The notes under the pieces were generated by a model. That model made no database searches, was not told where the DNA came from, and was given only the letters and a program-made list of their open reading frames with translations. The position numbers and the translations under genes were made by a program. Shown piece by piece: positions 1 to 10,880 of a stretch of DNA of 64,000 bases. Within the stretch, counting starts at the first letter, position 1. Every line of letters starts with the position of its first letter. Source of the stretch: an uncultured Candidatus Saccharibacteria bacterium (GTDB lineage: Bacteria; Patescibacteriota; Minisyncoccia; Phycocordibacterales; DATDWN01); contig CAZRVD010000003.1 of the NCBI GenBank assembly GCA_964603545.1, forward strand, positions 4,945 to 68,944, read 5' to 3'.

Positions 1-370
1 CAAGAAAGCCATCAGTAATAACAAATTCCTTTTCACTATCCAGATGTATATTTTTTGTTTTTGATAAAAACCAAGGAGATGAAAATGAGATTAATATTCT
101 ACTGATTTCTTTGTCTTTGCTTTTCCAGTATTTATGTTCAGATCCTCTTTTTATTAGATCAGAAAGCATTTCTTCTAAAAGAGAGTTCATTTCCATTTCA
201 AGCTTAACAGCATCCAGTTTCTCGGTTGTAGCAAAAAACTTTTTAGCAATGTATATGAATCTTGGTTTTTGATCTTTTTCAAAAACCACAAGCGCACCAG
301 TCGTTGTGCCGTTTCCAATGTCAATTAAAATAGCGACTTCTTCTTTATTAGAGCTTAAAAAAGAAAACAT
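1..370 (-). CDS. Partial CDS running off the window edge; hypothetical protein with an actin/FtsA-like N-terminal motif
   Basis: ATG at 370, translated by hand: MFSFLSSNKEEVAILIDIGNGTTTGALV. The DIG motif resembles the ASKHA phosphate-1 loop. Confidence 0.5.
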   Translation of the reverse strand, partial: MFSFLSSNKEEVAILIDIGNGTTTGALVVFEKDQKPRFIYIAKKFFATTEKLDAVKLEMEMNSLLEEMLSDLIKRGSEHKYWKSKDKEISRILISFSSPWFLSKTKNIHLDSEKEFVITDGFL

Positions 371-417
371 ATACAAATAAGTATATAGTAGCTAGGTTCT
401 AGTTGCTAGTTGAAAAA

Positions 418-2190
418 CTATTCGAGAATTGCCTTGATACGACGCACACCTGCGGACACCGCCTCTTCCTTTATTATTTTAAAATTTCCTAACACCCCAG
501 TGTTTTCAACATGAGGACCTCCACAAAACTCTTTTGAGTAAGCGTTTTCAAGTGAGTTACCTATATAGTAGACATTTACCTCATCTCCATACTTGTCTCC
601 AAAAAAATGATGAGCTCCTGTTTTCTCTGCATCCTCTTTTTTCATTACCACTTTGTTTACAGGTAAATTTGCTTGAATTTTTTCATTTACAAGCTTTTCT
701 ACTTTTTGCTTTTCTTCGTCAGTTAGTTTTTTATCAAAAGCAAAGTCAAAACGAGTCCTTTCAGTAGTGATATTGCTTCCCTTTTGTGACACTGTCTCTC
801 CTAAAACATCCCTAAGTGCCTGGTGGAGTAAGTGTGTGGCTGTATGATACTTTGTTTCCATTTCTCCCGTACCAGAAAGCCCTCCTTTAAATTTTTGTTC
901 GGAACCAACTCGCGAGAGTTCCTGATGTTCCTTCATGTCTTTTTTAAATTTTTCATAGTCAGGTCGTTCTTTTTTTTGAGCAATAAGAATTGAATCCGTA
1001 AGTTCAAACGGAATTCCGTAAGATGTGTACAAAATAAAAGGATCTATTTCGCCAATATATTTTACCCCTTCCTTTAATTTTGATCTAAATTTACCCTCTT
1101 CATTACTAATAATTTCGTTAATCTTTTCTTTATTTAAAAATAAATTAGGGTAAATATCTTTATATTTTTTAATAAAAATTTCAGAAATGTTTATTAACCC
1201 CCCTTCTTCTATTGATAAAGAATCGGTCCATCTTATTGCCATTCTAATTAGTCTACGCAAAATATAACCTTTTTCTGTATTTGATGGTGTTACTCCATCC
1301 GATATTAGAAAAATTGATGTTCTAATATGATCGGCCAAAACCCTAGTACCCTTTGTTAGCTCATTTTCATTAGTTGTTATAGAAAGACTTTTAATAAGTT
1401 TCATAACATCTTCAAAAATATCCGTTTCAAAGACACTTTTTTTCCCTTGCACAACCGCAACTATTCTTTCAAAACCGGCTCCGGTGTCTACATTCTTATT
1501 TGGAAGTTCTGAGACAACTTTGCCATCTTTTGCCAAAAACTGCATAAAAACATTGTTCCATATCTCAACAACCTTCTGTTCGTCGTCAGCTTTTAAGTAT
1601 TCATCAAGAGTCATTCCAGAATTAAGTTCTCCTGTAAGGTCGTAAAACATTTCTGTGTCAGGACCGCAGGGACCATTTGGACCAGCAGACCACCAGTTTT
1701 TTTCTTTTGGTCTGAAGTAAATTCTTTCGCCCGTTACTCCGTTTTTCTCAAAAATTTCTTTCCATATTTGAGCAGTTTCCTCATCTTTTGGAGCATTTTC
1801 GTCACCTTCAAAGCAAGTTACATAAAGTCTCTGTGGATCTAGGCCAAAACCTTCTTCTTTCGAGGTCAATAGTTCATAACTCCAGTTAATAGACTCTGTT
1901 TTCCAGTAGTCTCCCAAAGACCAGTTGCCCATCATTTCAAAAAAAGTAAGGTGTGTATTGTCCCCAACTTCATCTATGTCATTTGTTCTTACACATTTTT
2001 GAATGTTAACCAGTCTTTTGCCTTGCGGATGTTCTTGGCCTAAAAGATATGGGACCAAAGGTTGCATTCCTGCCGTGTTAAATAAAACGGAAGGATCGTT
2101 TTCTGGCACGAGTGATGCCGAAGGTATGATTTTATGACCTCTTTTTTCAAAAAAATGTAAAAATTTTTGTCTAATTTCGTTTGAAGTCAT
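418..2190 (-). CDS. alaS: Alanine--tRNA ligase, short form without the C-Ala domain
   Basis: Motifs LFNTAGMQP, HLTFFEMMGNWS, VDTGAGFER; editing motifs HTATHLL and EFCGGPHV; ends GVRRIKA. Confidence 0.97.
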   Translation of the reverse strand: MTSNEIRQKFLHFFEKRGHKIIPSASLVPENDPSVLFNTAGMQPLVPYLLGQEHPQGKRLVNIQKCVRTNDIDEVGDNTHLTFFEMMGNWSLGDYWKTESINWSYELLTSKEEGFGLDPQRLYVTCFEGDENAPKDEETAQIWKEIFEKNGVTGERIYFRPKEKNWWSAGPNGPCGPDTEMFYDLTGELNSGMTLDEYLKADDEQKVVEIWNNVFMQFLAKDGKVVSELPNKNVDTGAGFERIVAVVQGKKSVFETDIFEDVMKLIKSLSITTNENELTKGTRVLADHIRTSIFLISDGVTPSNTEKGYILRRLIRMAIRWTDSLSIEEGGLINISEIFIKKYKDIYPNLFLNKEKINEIISNEEGKFRSKLKEGVKYIGEIDPFILYTSYGIPFELTDSILIAQKKERPDYEKFKKDMKEHQELSRVGSEQKFKGGLSGTGEMETKYHTATHLLHQALRDVLGETVSQKGSNITTERTRFDFAFDKKLTDEEKQKVEKLVNEKIQANLPVNKVVMKKEDAEKTGAHHFFGDKYGDEVNVYYIGNSLENAYSKEFCGGPHVENTGVLGNFKIIKEEAVSAGVRRIKAILE

Positions 2191-2191
2191 A

Positions 2192-4000
2192 TTATGATTT
2201 TTGTTTACTTAACCATATTTTATATTTATTTGCCATATCTTCAAAACTTATACTGTTACTAGCAATCTCGTCTTTACCATGAACCATATATATTATTGCA
2301 TTCAAATCAACTTTTTTACGTGAACTTTTTACTGCTTTTGCTTTTGAAATTCTACTTTTAGCTCTTTTTAATATCTCAGGAAGTTTTAGTGTTACATTTC
2401 TAATATATGGATCAGCACTTAGCTTTTTGCCAGTAGATATTTTGACTAGTTCATTGAATGTCCTTGAACCTGCTAGTTTCCAGACTTTTGCCATATCTTC
2501 TCCAACTTTTGGGTTGTCTACTATATATCCATACTTTTCAAAGAAATACTCTCTCCATTGTGTTAAGGCTAGAGTTGCGAGTCCGTAACCGTGGTAGGAT
2601 CCTGATGATTCCCAAGAGTAAATATGCGGAACATTCAAAGCCCCCAATGATTCTTCTGATCTTACATAGTACTTTTTAAAATTTGCTTTTGCTATATCCA
2701 AAACTTTTTTTTCTGTAAGATTTTTTGTCTCATATATTTCTTTTTCAAAATTTGCCACAAAAATAATTCCATTTAGTCCAAGAGGTCTAACTGTGTAAGT
2801 TTTTTTAACAATTCTTTCATAAAGATCAAATGGATAGGACTCACCTTTTGAATTTACTGCATATTTAGCTTCCCACTCAGGACTAGAAAACACTGTATCT
2901 AAAAACATGCTTTGGGTTTCAGCCCAAGAAGTAGACATGGGATAATACTCATGATTTACGCAAACATCGACTTGTTCAGAGTTTAAAAGATGTGCGGCAT
3001 GCCCCCCTTCATGAAATAAAGTATGAATTCCTTGAGTACCAGAACCGATTTGATCGGGCACTACATTGCAAGTAAAGTTAGTTGAACCCGCTAATCTTTT
3101 ACCGTTTTCATATTTAACTAGTCCTGGCCAGTGGCAAAAACCATTGCTGTATTTTCCTTTTCTATCTAACAAGTCTAATCTCAATGTGCCGTTTCTAAAA
3201 TCTATTCCCATTCGGCTAAATGATAAACCCCATCTCAACAGAGCATCGCTGAATTGGAAATACTGGTCTTCTTCTTTTGCAAAACTTCCGGACATCATAA
3301 AACTAAAGTTCCAAGGTTTAGTTATGCCCGGCGTCTCGGTTTCAAGTTTTACCACTTCTTTCATTGCGTATTTAGTTTTTATATGAATCTTATCAAAAAT
3401 AGTAAAGAGCTCCTTTTTTGTCATTCCATCTTCTTTTCTAACTTTAAAATCATAAAAATCACTGTACCCGATAGTTTTAGCGTACTTGTTTCTTAGTTTT
3501 ACTACTTTTATGTAATCTTTTACTAAATATGTTGCTAGTTTTTCTTTTGCCTTAAAACAAGCTTCTCTGACTTTTTCATCAGGATCAGTGTATGTCATTG
3601 TAGACATCTTATTAATTGACGCTTTTACGAATTTTTTTGTATTCGGATCAACATAGCCTTCTTTTCTCGTAGCAAGTTTCTTATGTAAAAAATCTTCAAG
3701 TTTATCGATTTCTTTTTTAATTCCTCTTGCTTTGTCGGGTATTTGATAACCTTCAAAAAATTTTAACCATGTGTTTAGTCTTGTTACTTCTTCTTTATTT
3801 GCGCCTTTCAACAACTCTTTGATTTTTTTTGTATACCTTGAGTCTGATCTAAAAGCATCTCTTTTTGCTAGTGCATCAGCCTTCTTTTTATTAACTGAGT
3901 GGTCTCCCATATATGATAACCAAAAATAGTCTTCATAATTTTTATGCAGTTCAAAATACTTATTGTTTAATTCTTCCAAATATTCAGTCGCTTTGCTCAT
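2192..4000 (-). CDS. M3-family metallo-oligopeptidase
   Basis: HEGGH zinc motif, AETQSM third ligand, [10 protein letters not shown]. Confidence 0.85.
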   Translation of the reverse strand: MSKATEYLEELNNKYFELHKNYEDYFWLSYMGDHSVNKKKADALAKRDAFRSDSRYTKKIKELLKGANKEEVTRLNTWLKFFEGYQIPDKARGIKKEIDKLEDFLHKKLATRKEGYVDPNTKKFVKASINKMSTMTYTDPDEKVREACFKAKEKLATYLVKDYIKVVKLRNKYAKTIGYSDFYDFKVRKEDGMTKKELFTIFDKIHIKTKYAMKEVVKLETETPGITKPWNFSFMMSGSFAKEEDQYFQFSDALLRWGLSFSRMGIDFRNGTLRLDLLDRKGKYSNGFCHWPGLVKYENGKRLAGSTNFTCNVVPDQIGSGTQGIHTLFHEGGHAAHLLNSEQVDVCVNHEYYPMSTSWAETQSMFLDTVFSSPEWEAKYAVNSKGESYPFDLYERIVKKTYTVRPLGLNGIIFVANFEKEIYETKNLTEKKVLDIAKANFKKYYVRSEESLGALNVPHIYSWESSGSYHGYGLATLALTQWREYFFEKYGYIVDNPKVGEDMAKVWKLAGSRTFNELVKISTGKKLSADPYIRNVTLKLPEILKRAKSRISKAKAVKSSRKKVDLNAIIYMVHGKDEIASNSISFEDMANKYKIWLSKQKS

Positions 4001-4612
4001 TTACTTAATATATTTTGTTAAAACTTGAAAGTCTTTAAGGATGGTCTCCTTATTTGAGCCATCATACAGGGCGACAGCAGGGTGGTAAAGGGGTATTACA
4101 GCTATGGGACCGTAACTTGCCTTCGCCACAAACTCCTTGCCGTGGAGCTCTCCAATAGGTCCTATTTGATCGGTTAGGCCAAAGTGGTTCATAATATAGT
4201 TCATAGAAAACCTACCGAGGGTTGCGATAACTTCCGGCTGGATAATATCTATTTGTCTCTCCAAAAAAGGTGCATAAAGTTTTATTTCTTCTTCTGTGGG
4301 ATCACGGTTTTCTTGCGGACGGTCTTTTACAATATTAGTTATATACACATCACTCCTGTTAAGTTTTATTGATTCCAACATATTGTCTAGAACTTTTCCC
4401 GACTTACCACAAAAAGGTCTTCCTGTTTCGGCTTCGTTTTTCCCTGGAGCTTCTCCAATAAACATAATGTGCGCTGTGTGACTTCCCTCCCCAACTACTG
4501 GAAAATACTTATTCTCAACTCGGTAATCATATAACGGAGATTCTTTCAACTGCAAAACATCATTTCTAATCTCCTTCATTTTTTCAAATCTTTCTTCAAG
4601 TGTGAGTGACAT
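4001..4612 (-). CDS. Uracil-DNA glycosylase, family 4
   Basis: GEAPG, GRPFCG, YITNIVK, LYHPA. Confidence 0.92.
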   Translation of the reverse strand: MSLTLEERFEKMKEIRNDVLQLKESPLYDYRVENKYFPVVGEGSHTAHIMFIGEAPGKNEAETGRPFCGKSGKVLDNMLESIKLNRSDVYITNIVKDRPQENRDPTEEEIKLYAPFLERQIDIIQPEVIATLGRFSMNYIMNHFGLTDQIGPIGELHGKEFVAKASYGPIAVIPLYHPAVALYDGSNKETILKDFQVLTKYIK

Positions 4613-4652
4613 AAAATAAATTTTAAATTAAAAATTTTAAATTTCAAACAAA

Positions 4653-5264
4653 CTACAAATACTTCTTTTTCCTAATAACTGAATCTTCTGGAAACCACCA
4701 ATCATTTGAATTACTGTCCATAATTGATTTTGCTAGCACCTTCGCATTGTCTGTTTTTAACTTACTTATTCCAATTCTTGCCCATTCCACCGCTCGAGTG
4801 TTACCAGTATCAATCTCTTCTTTAAGTGAAATTACCCATTCTAAAGTATCCGCATCTTTCACAAGCACAGCTTCTTTTGATATTCTTTTTTCATATTCGG
4901 AAATAGTTTGAAACATATCACCGCCAAAAGGAACCGAGTCCGAAATATCTTTCACCGCACTGTGCTCTTTTCTCTCAACGTATTTCTGATGAATATGATT
5001 TAGGTCAGAAATCCGTGCTTCGGACAAATCATGAAAAAGACACATCTTCAAAACTTTTAATACATCAACCGTGCCATCCATTTGGGCCAATGCGTAGCCA
5101 ATAAAAGCAGTTCTGTTTAAATGCTCAGCAACGGATTGTTCTCCAGTACCCAGAAAATGAAAACCACTTCTTGGTGTTTTTGCCAGCATCCCAACTTCAA
5201 ACAAAAAGTTGACAATACTTTTATTTGTTTCTTTTTTGCTTTTCTTACTACTTTTCTTTTTCAT
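4653..5264 (-). CDS. HD-domain phosphohydrolase (YfbR/HDDC2-like)
   Basis: SVAEH, LFHDLSE, KDAD. Confidence 0.88.
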   Translation of the reverse strand: MKKKSSKKSKKETNKSIVNFLFEVGMLAKTPRSGFHFLGTGEQSVAEHLNRTAFIGYALAQMDGTVDVLKVLKMCLFHDLSEARISDLNHIHQKYVERKEHSAVKDISDSVPFGGDMFQTISEYEKRISKEAVLVKDADTLEWVISLKEEIDTGNTRAVEWARIGISKLKTDNAKVLAKSIMDSNSNDWWFPEDSVIRKKKYL

Positions 5265-5265
5265 A

Positions 5266-6111
5266 TTAAAGTGATTCTATTTCCTCTATGACTTTTTGTG
5301 ATTTTGAACTGTTAAGTCCGATAGTAATAAGTAAATCCGGATTAAGTAAGATTGTTTTACATAGTACCACTCCTTTATCCAATAGCTCTTTTTTCTCTCT
5401 TCCGTTTAGACTAAGCAGGCAGGTTAATGGATGTAGTTTGGACTCCAGTATCATATCGTGCAAGTTTCCTACTGGTGGGTAATTCCAACCTATCATCCGT
5501 AGTCCACCCTGGCAAGAGCCGTACTCTATAGCGGTTGAGGTAAATTTGGTATTGGTGACTAACCAACCTTCATCAAGATTTCTCTCCTTACCATATCTAA
5601 AAGTCATTTTCCTCAAATCATCAAAACGAGCTTTCACATATAAAGCAATCTTTAGATCAGATTTTATACCAAGTTCATTGTGAAATTTTGCTTCAACCAT
5701 GATTAATTTTTCGTCATTCCAAGCCACCACATCTACCTCATGCTCAACACAAAAACCTCTAACTATTTTACCAGTTTCTGCTTTAAAGCCTTTTTGTCTA
5801 AATATTTCAGCCACAAAGTCCTCAAAGGGAAATCCAGACGGCCCAAGTTCCATTATTGCCCTTTTCAATGAATACTTTAAGGCTATTGGCTTTTCTGCTT
5901 TCTCTAGAAGCTCAAATGCGTGTTTATACAAATCATGAGTTGTAACTTCGTGATTTGTATGAGATTTTATATGAGACTTTGTATGCTCTACTATATCTTG
6001 TACAGACCGGCTGGAAGCCCCGGCCTTTTTAAGTGATCTCTCTAGTTTATCAATATCAAATAGTTCTTTTGTTCCGTCCGCTTTTATTACATAGATTTGT
6101 TCATTTACCAT
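5266..6111 (-). CDS. ATP-cone plus Mrr-like PD-(D/E)xK endonuclease domain protein
   Basis: N-terminal VIKADGTKELFDIDKL (ATP cone); FEDFVAEIF...EVDVVA...VEAK. Confidence 0.8.
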   Translation of the reverse strand: MVNEQIYVIKADGTKELFDIDKLERSLKKAGASSRSVQDIVEHTKSHIKSHTNHEVTTHDLYKHAFELLEKAEKPIALKYSLKRAIMELGPSGFPFEDFVAEIFRQKGFKAETGKIVRGFCVEHEVDVVAWNDEKLIMVEAKFHNELGIKSDLKIALYVKARFDDLRKMTFRYGKERNLDEGWLVTNTKFTSTAIEYGSCQGGLRMIGWNYPPVGNLHDMILESKLHPLTCLLSLNGREKKELLDKGVVLCKTILLNPDLLITIGLNSSKSQKVIEEIESL

Positions 6112-6140
6112 TCAATCATTATCTCATACTTGAAAATCAA

Positions 6141-7238
6141 TTAAAATATACTTTCGATCACTCCACCACCAAGACATACTTCATCTGTATAAAAAACGGC
6201 AGACTGTCCTACGGATATGGCATTTTGTGGTTCGGCAAAGGCAATTTCATAAAAATCACCTCCTTTGTTTATTATGCAATTTCTTTTTTCTTGTCTATAT
6301 CTAATACGAACCGAAGTTTGTAGTGGAAGTTTTGGTACAATTTCAGAAACAAAATGAAAATCTTTTATAATAATACCTTTAATATTATCAATATTTTCTA
6401 TCTCCAGTTCCTTACTAGCAACCGTAATTGTATTTTTCTCTAAATCCTTTTTGACAACAAAAAACCTCGGGTCTTCTGCAGATTTTTTTGTAATAGTGAA
6501 TCCGTGTCTTTGTCCTATTGTTAGAAACTGTGCTCCGTCGTGGTATCCGATCATTTCTCCATCTGTGTTAAGCACATCTCCTTTTTTTACTTCAATGTAA
6601 TGAGAAAGAAATTCCTTAATATCAATATTACCCATAAAACATAGCCCCTGGCTGTCTTTTTTGTTCGCAGTAGATAGACCAAACTCCTGTGCAAGTTTTC
6701 TTACTTCTGGTTTTGTAAGATGTCCTACAGGAAAAAGGGTACGACTTAACTGATCTTGGTCTAATGTGTATAGAAAGTAACTTTGATCTTTCTCTTTATC
6801 TCTTGATTCTCTCAATTCGTAAACATTCGTATTGTTTTCGCTCTTATATTCGTATCTTATTGCATAGTGTCCTGTTGCGATAAAATCTGCCCCCATTTCA
6901 AGTGCCTTTTGTAAAAAAACTCCAAATTTTACATATTTATTGCAAAAAATATCTGGATTCGGCACTCTACCCCCCTTGTATTCACGTATCATATAGTCCA
7001 CTACCTCTTTTTTGTACTCCTTTTCACAATCAATAGTTATAAAAGGTACATTTAGAGTCGCGCAAACCCGCATGGCAGATAATCTCTCTTCTTTCCAGTC
7101 ACAAGGCATAAAATCTGGATACCAAACCTTCAAAAACACACCCGTTACATCATAACCTTGCTGTTTCAGTAACGCCAAAGCCACAGAAGAGTCTACTCCT
7201 CCCGAAACCCCCACAAAAACTTTCTTCCTTTTAGTCAT
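6141..7238 (-). CDS. mnmA: tRNA 2-thiouridine(34) synthase
   Basis: SGGVDSS, PNPDIFCN, ATGHYA, KDQSYFL, DSQGLCF, GQSAVFY. Confidence 0.97.
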   Translation of the reverse strand: MTKRKKVFVGVSGGVDSSVALALLKQQGYDVTGVFLKVWYPDFMPCDWKEERLSAMRVCATLNVPFITIDCEKEYKKEVVDYMIREYKGGRVPNPDIFCNKYVKFGVFLQKALEMGADFIATGHYAIRYEYKSENNTNVYELRESRDKEKDQSYFLYTLDQDQLSRTLFPVGHLTKPEVRKLAQEFGLSTANKKDSQGLCFMGNIDIKEFLSHYIEVKKGDVLNTDGEMIGYHDGAQFLTIGQRHGFTITKKSAEDPRFFVVKKDLEKNTITVASKELEIENIDNIKGIIIKDFHFVSEIVPKLPLQTSVRIRYRQEKRNCIINKGGDFYEIAFAEPQNAISVGQSAVFYTDEVCLGGGVIESIF

Positions 7239-7279
7239 GAGAATTAATTAATAACACAAAAAATCTATCTTGAAAAGTC

Positions 7280-7403
7280 AGAACTTTCATAATCTAGATG
7301 AAATCCGACGTTGAGGATTTGAAAATGAGAGGAGCCTTACAATTAGTAAGGTGACGAACATTTCCAAGTGCGAAGCTAGGAGTTCGCTAGATTTGGAAGT
7401 TCT
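7280..7403. repeat. Palindromic hairpin element (RPE/MITE-like), copy 1
   Basis: Imperfect terminal inverted repeat AGAACTTTCATAATCTAG / CTAGATTTGGAAGTTCT. The core AAATGAGAGGAG..TTACAA.TAGTAAGGTGACGAACATTT is shared with 15172-15373. Confidence 0.7.
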
Positions 7404-8391
7404 AGTTATAGAGATAGCGTTCTTTGTTCTTCTTATGCTGATCAAAAGTAATAGCATAATACATCTTCCCATTCTTTCCAGTTAAAAAGTATAGATATTT
7501 GGTTTTTGTTGGATTTAACGTAGCTTCTATGGCGTCTATCCCTGGGTTGCTTATCGGAGTTGGCGGAAGACCCTTATACTCGTATGTGTTGTACGGAGAG
7601 TCAATTTCTAAGTCATCTAGTGTCAACTCTGCAGTACCCTTACCATTTATGTAAGAAAAAGTTGAATCAACCTGAAGTGGCATCCCCATAGAAAGCCTCT
7701 TCCATAATATCCCAGAGACAATTCTTCGACTTTCAGGAGTATTTGCTTCACCTTCTATAATAGAAGCCATTGTTATTATTTCATCCAAACTATAAGTGGT
7801 TGTGGCAAGTCCTGTTATGTTTTTTATCTTTGCTTCAAAAGTATTGTTCATTAATTTTATTATTGACCTTGGTCTTGTGGCATTGGTAATAAAATAAGTA
7901 TCTGGAAAAAGATAACCCTCTTTATTTTTAGCCAATCTCAAAAATTCTTCTTTGTTAAAATCTACCAAACTGTCTTCCAAAAAATCTCCTATCTCAAAAA
8001 TATCCCAACCTTCTGGTATTGTTACTTTTTTTGATTCTGTATGAAACTCTCCTTTTGTAAGTCTGTAGGCAATATCTACTGGCCCAACCTTCTCATTTAA
8101 TAAGTAATCTCCAGCGATAACCTTTCTCTCTCCACCAAGCACAATAACCGCTGTTCTAAAAACAAAAGGAAATTTTATTACATGTGCATCATGCAAAAAG
8201 TTTGTTATGTTTTGTAAAGATTCACCTTCTTCTATGGTTACAACTTCATTAAATGGAAAATTTTCTAGAGGTTTGTGAACATATGCATAAAATGAGAATG
8301 AAACTAGAACAAAAATTGCAAAAAGATAGACGTATTTGTCTCTTTTAGGCAATGCCTTAAAATTTTTAAGAAGTTCTTCCATCATACTCAT
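7402..8391 (-). CDS. mltG: Endolytic transglycosylase MltG/YceG
   Basis: N-terminal TM helix, EGYLFPDTY, MASIIEGE, SPYNTY, GLPPTPISNPG. Confidence 0.93.
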   Translation of the reverse strand: MSMMEELLKNFKALPKRDKYVYLFAIFVLVSFSFYAYVHKPLENFPFNEVVTIEEGESLQNITNFLHDAHVIKFPFVFRTAVIVLGGERKVIAGDYLLNEKVGPVDIAYRLTKGEFHTESKKVTIPEGWDIFEIGDFLEDSLVDFNKEEFLRLAKNKEGYLFPDTYFITNATRPRSIIKLMNNTFEAKIKNITGLATTTYSLDEIITMASIIEGEANTPESRRIVSGILWKRLSMGMPLQVDSTFSYINGKGTAELTLDDLEIDSPYNTYEYKGLPPTPISNPGIDAIEATLNPTKTKYLYFLTGKNGKMYYAITFDQHKKNKERYLYN

Positions 8392-8393
8392 AA

Positions 8394-9662
8394 CTATACT
8401 GGAAGATTGGCTGGAGCCTCAGCTTTTTTAGATTCAATTCTAGTAAACGATGGAGTAGTCGATACACCCCCAGGAAAGTGAAATAGAGTGGCGAGTTCTT
8501 CTGTGTTCAGTATAAAATGTGGTCTCTTGTATGGCCAGTAAAAATGTTCTCGTCTTTTGTATGCATCTAGAAAATCCTGCTTATCAGTGCTTAATGTTTT
8601 GGCATTTCTGTCTTTCCATGCCAAAAGAGGAGTTTTATATTTTGGAGAAAGTGCTCCTGTTGGAGCAAAATTGTTAAGTGACGAGTTAAAGTGCATTATT
8701 CCACCAACAACACCACCGACATTGCCCATACTAAAAACATCTTTTAGGGCAAAGTAAATAACTCTAATACCCGTATCAAATCCTTTTTTTGAAACACTCC
8801 TATCTAGTGCACTAATAGTATCCTTTTCTACTTCAGTTAACTGCCTGCCTGTTCCTGGGATAAGTTTTCCGTCTTTGTCTTTCTCACCTTTTGCTTTAGC
8901 AACAATATCATCAATTTCTTTCTTTGCTCCTTCCTTCCACCTTAAGTCTTTTTTTTCAAATATGTTCCACCATTTTCTGTCAGGATCTCTTTCTTCTGAA
9001 ACATGTGCACGTATTAGAATCTGAATCCAGACCTGGTTACCCTTGTCTAATGATCCCAAAAACTCTATTAATGGTGTCATTGGATCTAACTTGTACTCTT
9101 CTTCTGGGTTTTTATCCATCCCGTAATCAATATATGTCTTGATAGGAAAAGCATCTGCTTTTTTTAATTCAAACTCTGTAACCCACATACTGTTAACCTC
9201 AGGGTCGTAAACTACAGGCAACGTGTAGTCTTCTACTTCATAAATTTCTACTCCAGGATATTGGGAGTAAATATTGGCTTCTATTTTCTTTTTTTCTCTT
9301 TTTTTGGTTCTAATATAAAAATGGACACTACCGTCTATTGAGACTATTTCTAAAGAATGCTGATTTCTAACACTACCCTTCCAGTACTTTTCATACCAGT
9401 TCGCTTCTCCCAGAGTACTATGCATAGCAGCAATACAAAATTCCATAGCTGCAGGAGATTTGAATATCTCCCGTGGTAGTTTTATTTCTAAAAGAACATA
9501 TTCTTGTTTTGCAAAAAAAAGAGCTCTTCTGTATTTAACCCAAAAATCCCATGCTGTGTTTATTAAAAACAAAGGAACAGCAACGTATAAAAAGTAGTAA
9601 ACCACACTCCAAATCTGCCTAAACATGTCACTTCGGAGCACGTCAGTAATTAAATCAAACAT
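8394..9662 (-). CDS. Conserved membrane-anchored hypothetical protein
   Basis: 422 aa ORF, N-terminal TM, C-terminal LNTEELATLFHFP motif. Confidence 0.6.
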   Translation of the reverse strand: MFDLITDVLRSDMFRQIWSVVYYFLYVAVPLFLINTAWDFWVKYRRALFFAKQEYVLLEIKLPREIFKSPAAMEFCIAAMHSTLGEANWYEKYWKGSVRNQHSLEIVSIDGSVHFYIRTKKREKKKIEANIYSQYPGVEIYEVEDYTLPVVYDPEVNSMWVTEFELKKADAFPIKTYIDYGMDKNPEEEYKLDPMTPLIEFLGSLDKGNQVWIQILIRAHVSEERDPDRKWWNIFEKKDLRWKEGAKKEIDDIVAKAKGEKDKDGKLIPGTGRQLTEVEKDTISALDRSVSKKGFDTGIRVIYFALKDVFSMGNVGGVVGGIMHFNSSLNNFAPTGALSPKYKTPLLAWKDRNAKTLSTDKQDFLDAYKRREHFYWPYKRPHFILNTEELATLFHFPGGVSTTPSFTRIESKKAEAPANLPV

Positions 9663-9685
9663 AAAATAATTATATCAATTGGGGA

Positions 9686-9727
9686 CAAAAAAACCACCCC
9701 GCTGTTTCTATGGGATGGTTTTTTTGT
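9686..9727. terminator. Intrinsic terminator
   Basis: AAAAAAACCACCCC...GGGATGGTTTTTTT hairpin flanked by A/T runs. Confidence 0.7.
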
Positions 9728-10765
9728 CTAAACAACACTATACTTACCGTCTTTTGATTTTTTAAAAAATTTAGGATTCTGAAGATTCACCATAATTGTA
9801 TTTTCCTTAACGTATCTTTCCTTCAAAACCTTCTTTACTATCTCCTCTTTAGTTAATGGTCCGCTTTTCTCTAGTATGCCTTTTATAACATCTCTTACAA
9901 CACCACTCATATATCCCCACTCAGAAAGTGCATAAAGTCCTCTTCCAACTAGAACAAACCTAGGATCTTTTATAAGTTCATTGTGAGTAGTGGCTACATG
10001 AGCCTTTTTGTTAAATAACTCAGTAATTAGCTTAGCAACTTCCCTAAAGTGTATTGGAGAGCCATGTCGTCTGATAACTAGATACGCGTAGTCTCTCATA
10101 CCCTTTGCATTGATGTTTGAAGAAGTAGCCTTACCCCATTCACCAAGCGGATTTTTGTCTATTAGTTTTGAAAGCGCCAACCATCTTTTTGCAATTTCTA
10201 CATTTTTATATTTTTCTGAAACTTCCTTAACGTTTTCTAGAAACTTTTCAATCATATCTGATTCAAGTAAAATCTCGTCGTCAGACAAAGTTGAATAAAG
10301 CTGTCGCAATGAATTATGAATCTTTTTTGATAGCTCTTTGTCTACAGACCATCTGTGCTTGAATTCTGTATCTTCTTTTTCTTTTGTAAAATCCTCACCA
10401 ATGACTAGTAGGAAGTGAATTTGGTTTTGAGTAGCCTTATCCTTTGATATGTGTTTCAAAAGTGCCTCTTCTGAAACAGTAGAACCAAGGTCAGTTATTA
10501 GTTTAAAAAGTTCGTCAAAAGCCTCCTTTTCCTTTACATACTCCTTAGACTTTCTAATATTTATAATTGAATAGTTTTCAATTTGTCTAACTCTTTCTCT
10601 TGTTATTTTGTACTTTTTACCAATAGCCTCAAGGGTCATTCTCTTTGTATCGTCACCTAGTCCAAAACGAGACACAAGAACATCTCTTGATCTGTCAGAA
10701 GCAACTCCAAGTAGTCTTTTTACTACTTGCTTTGGTTTAAATTTAATTGGTGTTTTTTCGCTCAT
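9728..10765 (-). CDS. Sigma-70 region-4 HTH plus C-terminal winged-HTH (HARE-HTH/RNAP-delta-like) protein
   Basis: TLEAIGKKYKITRERVRQIE; HNELIKDPRFVLVGRGLYALSEW. Confidence 0.8.
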   Translation of the reverse strand: MSEKTPIKFKPKQVVKRLLGVASDRSRDVLVSRFGLGDDTKRMTLEAIGKKYKITRERVRQIENYSIINIRKSKEYVKEKEAFDELFKLITDLGSTVSEEALLKHISKDKATQNQIHFLLVIGEDFTKEKEDTEFKHRWSVDKELSKKIHNSLRQLYSTLSDDEILLESDMIEKFLENVKEVSEKYKNVEIAKRWLALSKLIDKNPLGEWGKATSSNINAKGMRDYAYLVIRRHGSPIHFREVAKLITELFNKKAHVATTHNELIKDPRFVLVGRGLYALSEWGYMSGVVRDVIKGILEKSGPLTKEEIVKKVLKERYVKENTIMVNLQNPKFFKKSKDGKYSVV

Positions 10766-10880
10766 AATTTGATAAAAAGCCTATAATTTCATAATGTCCT
10801 TAGACTTATACCGTCTATTTGTATCATTATACTGTATCCAAGTCAAGCCTTGACCAATATTGTTAAAATAGGGGTGAAAT

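Noticed and set aside
1-45. Possible frameshift near the window edge (the alternative frame reads EFVITDGFL)
   Set aside because: The gene runs off the window and both frames are open, so this cannot be judged without homologues.
418-2190. Short alaS (and short uvrC) as pseudogenes
   Set aside because: The catalytic motifs are intact with clean stops, consistent with the streamlined forms found in reduced genomes.
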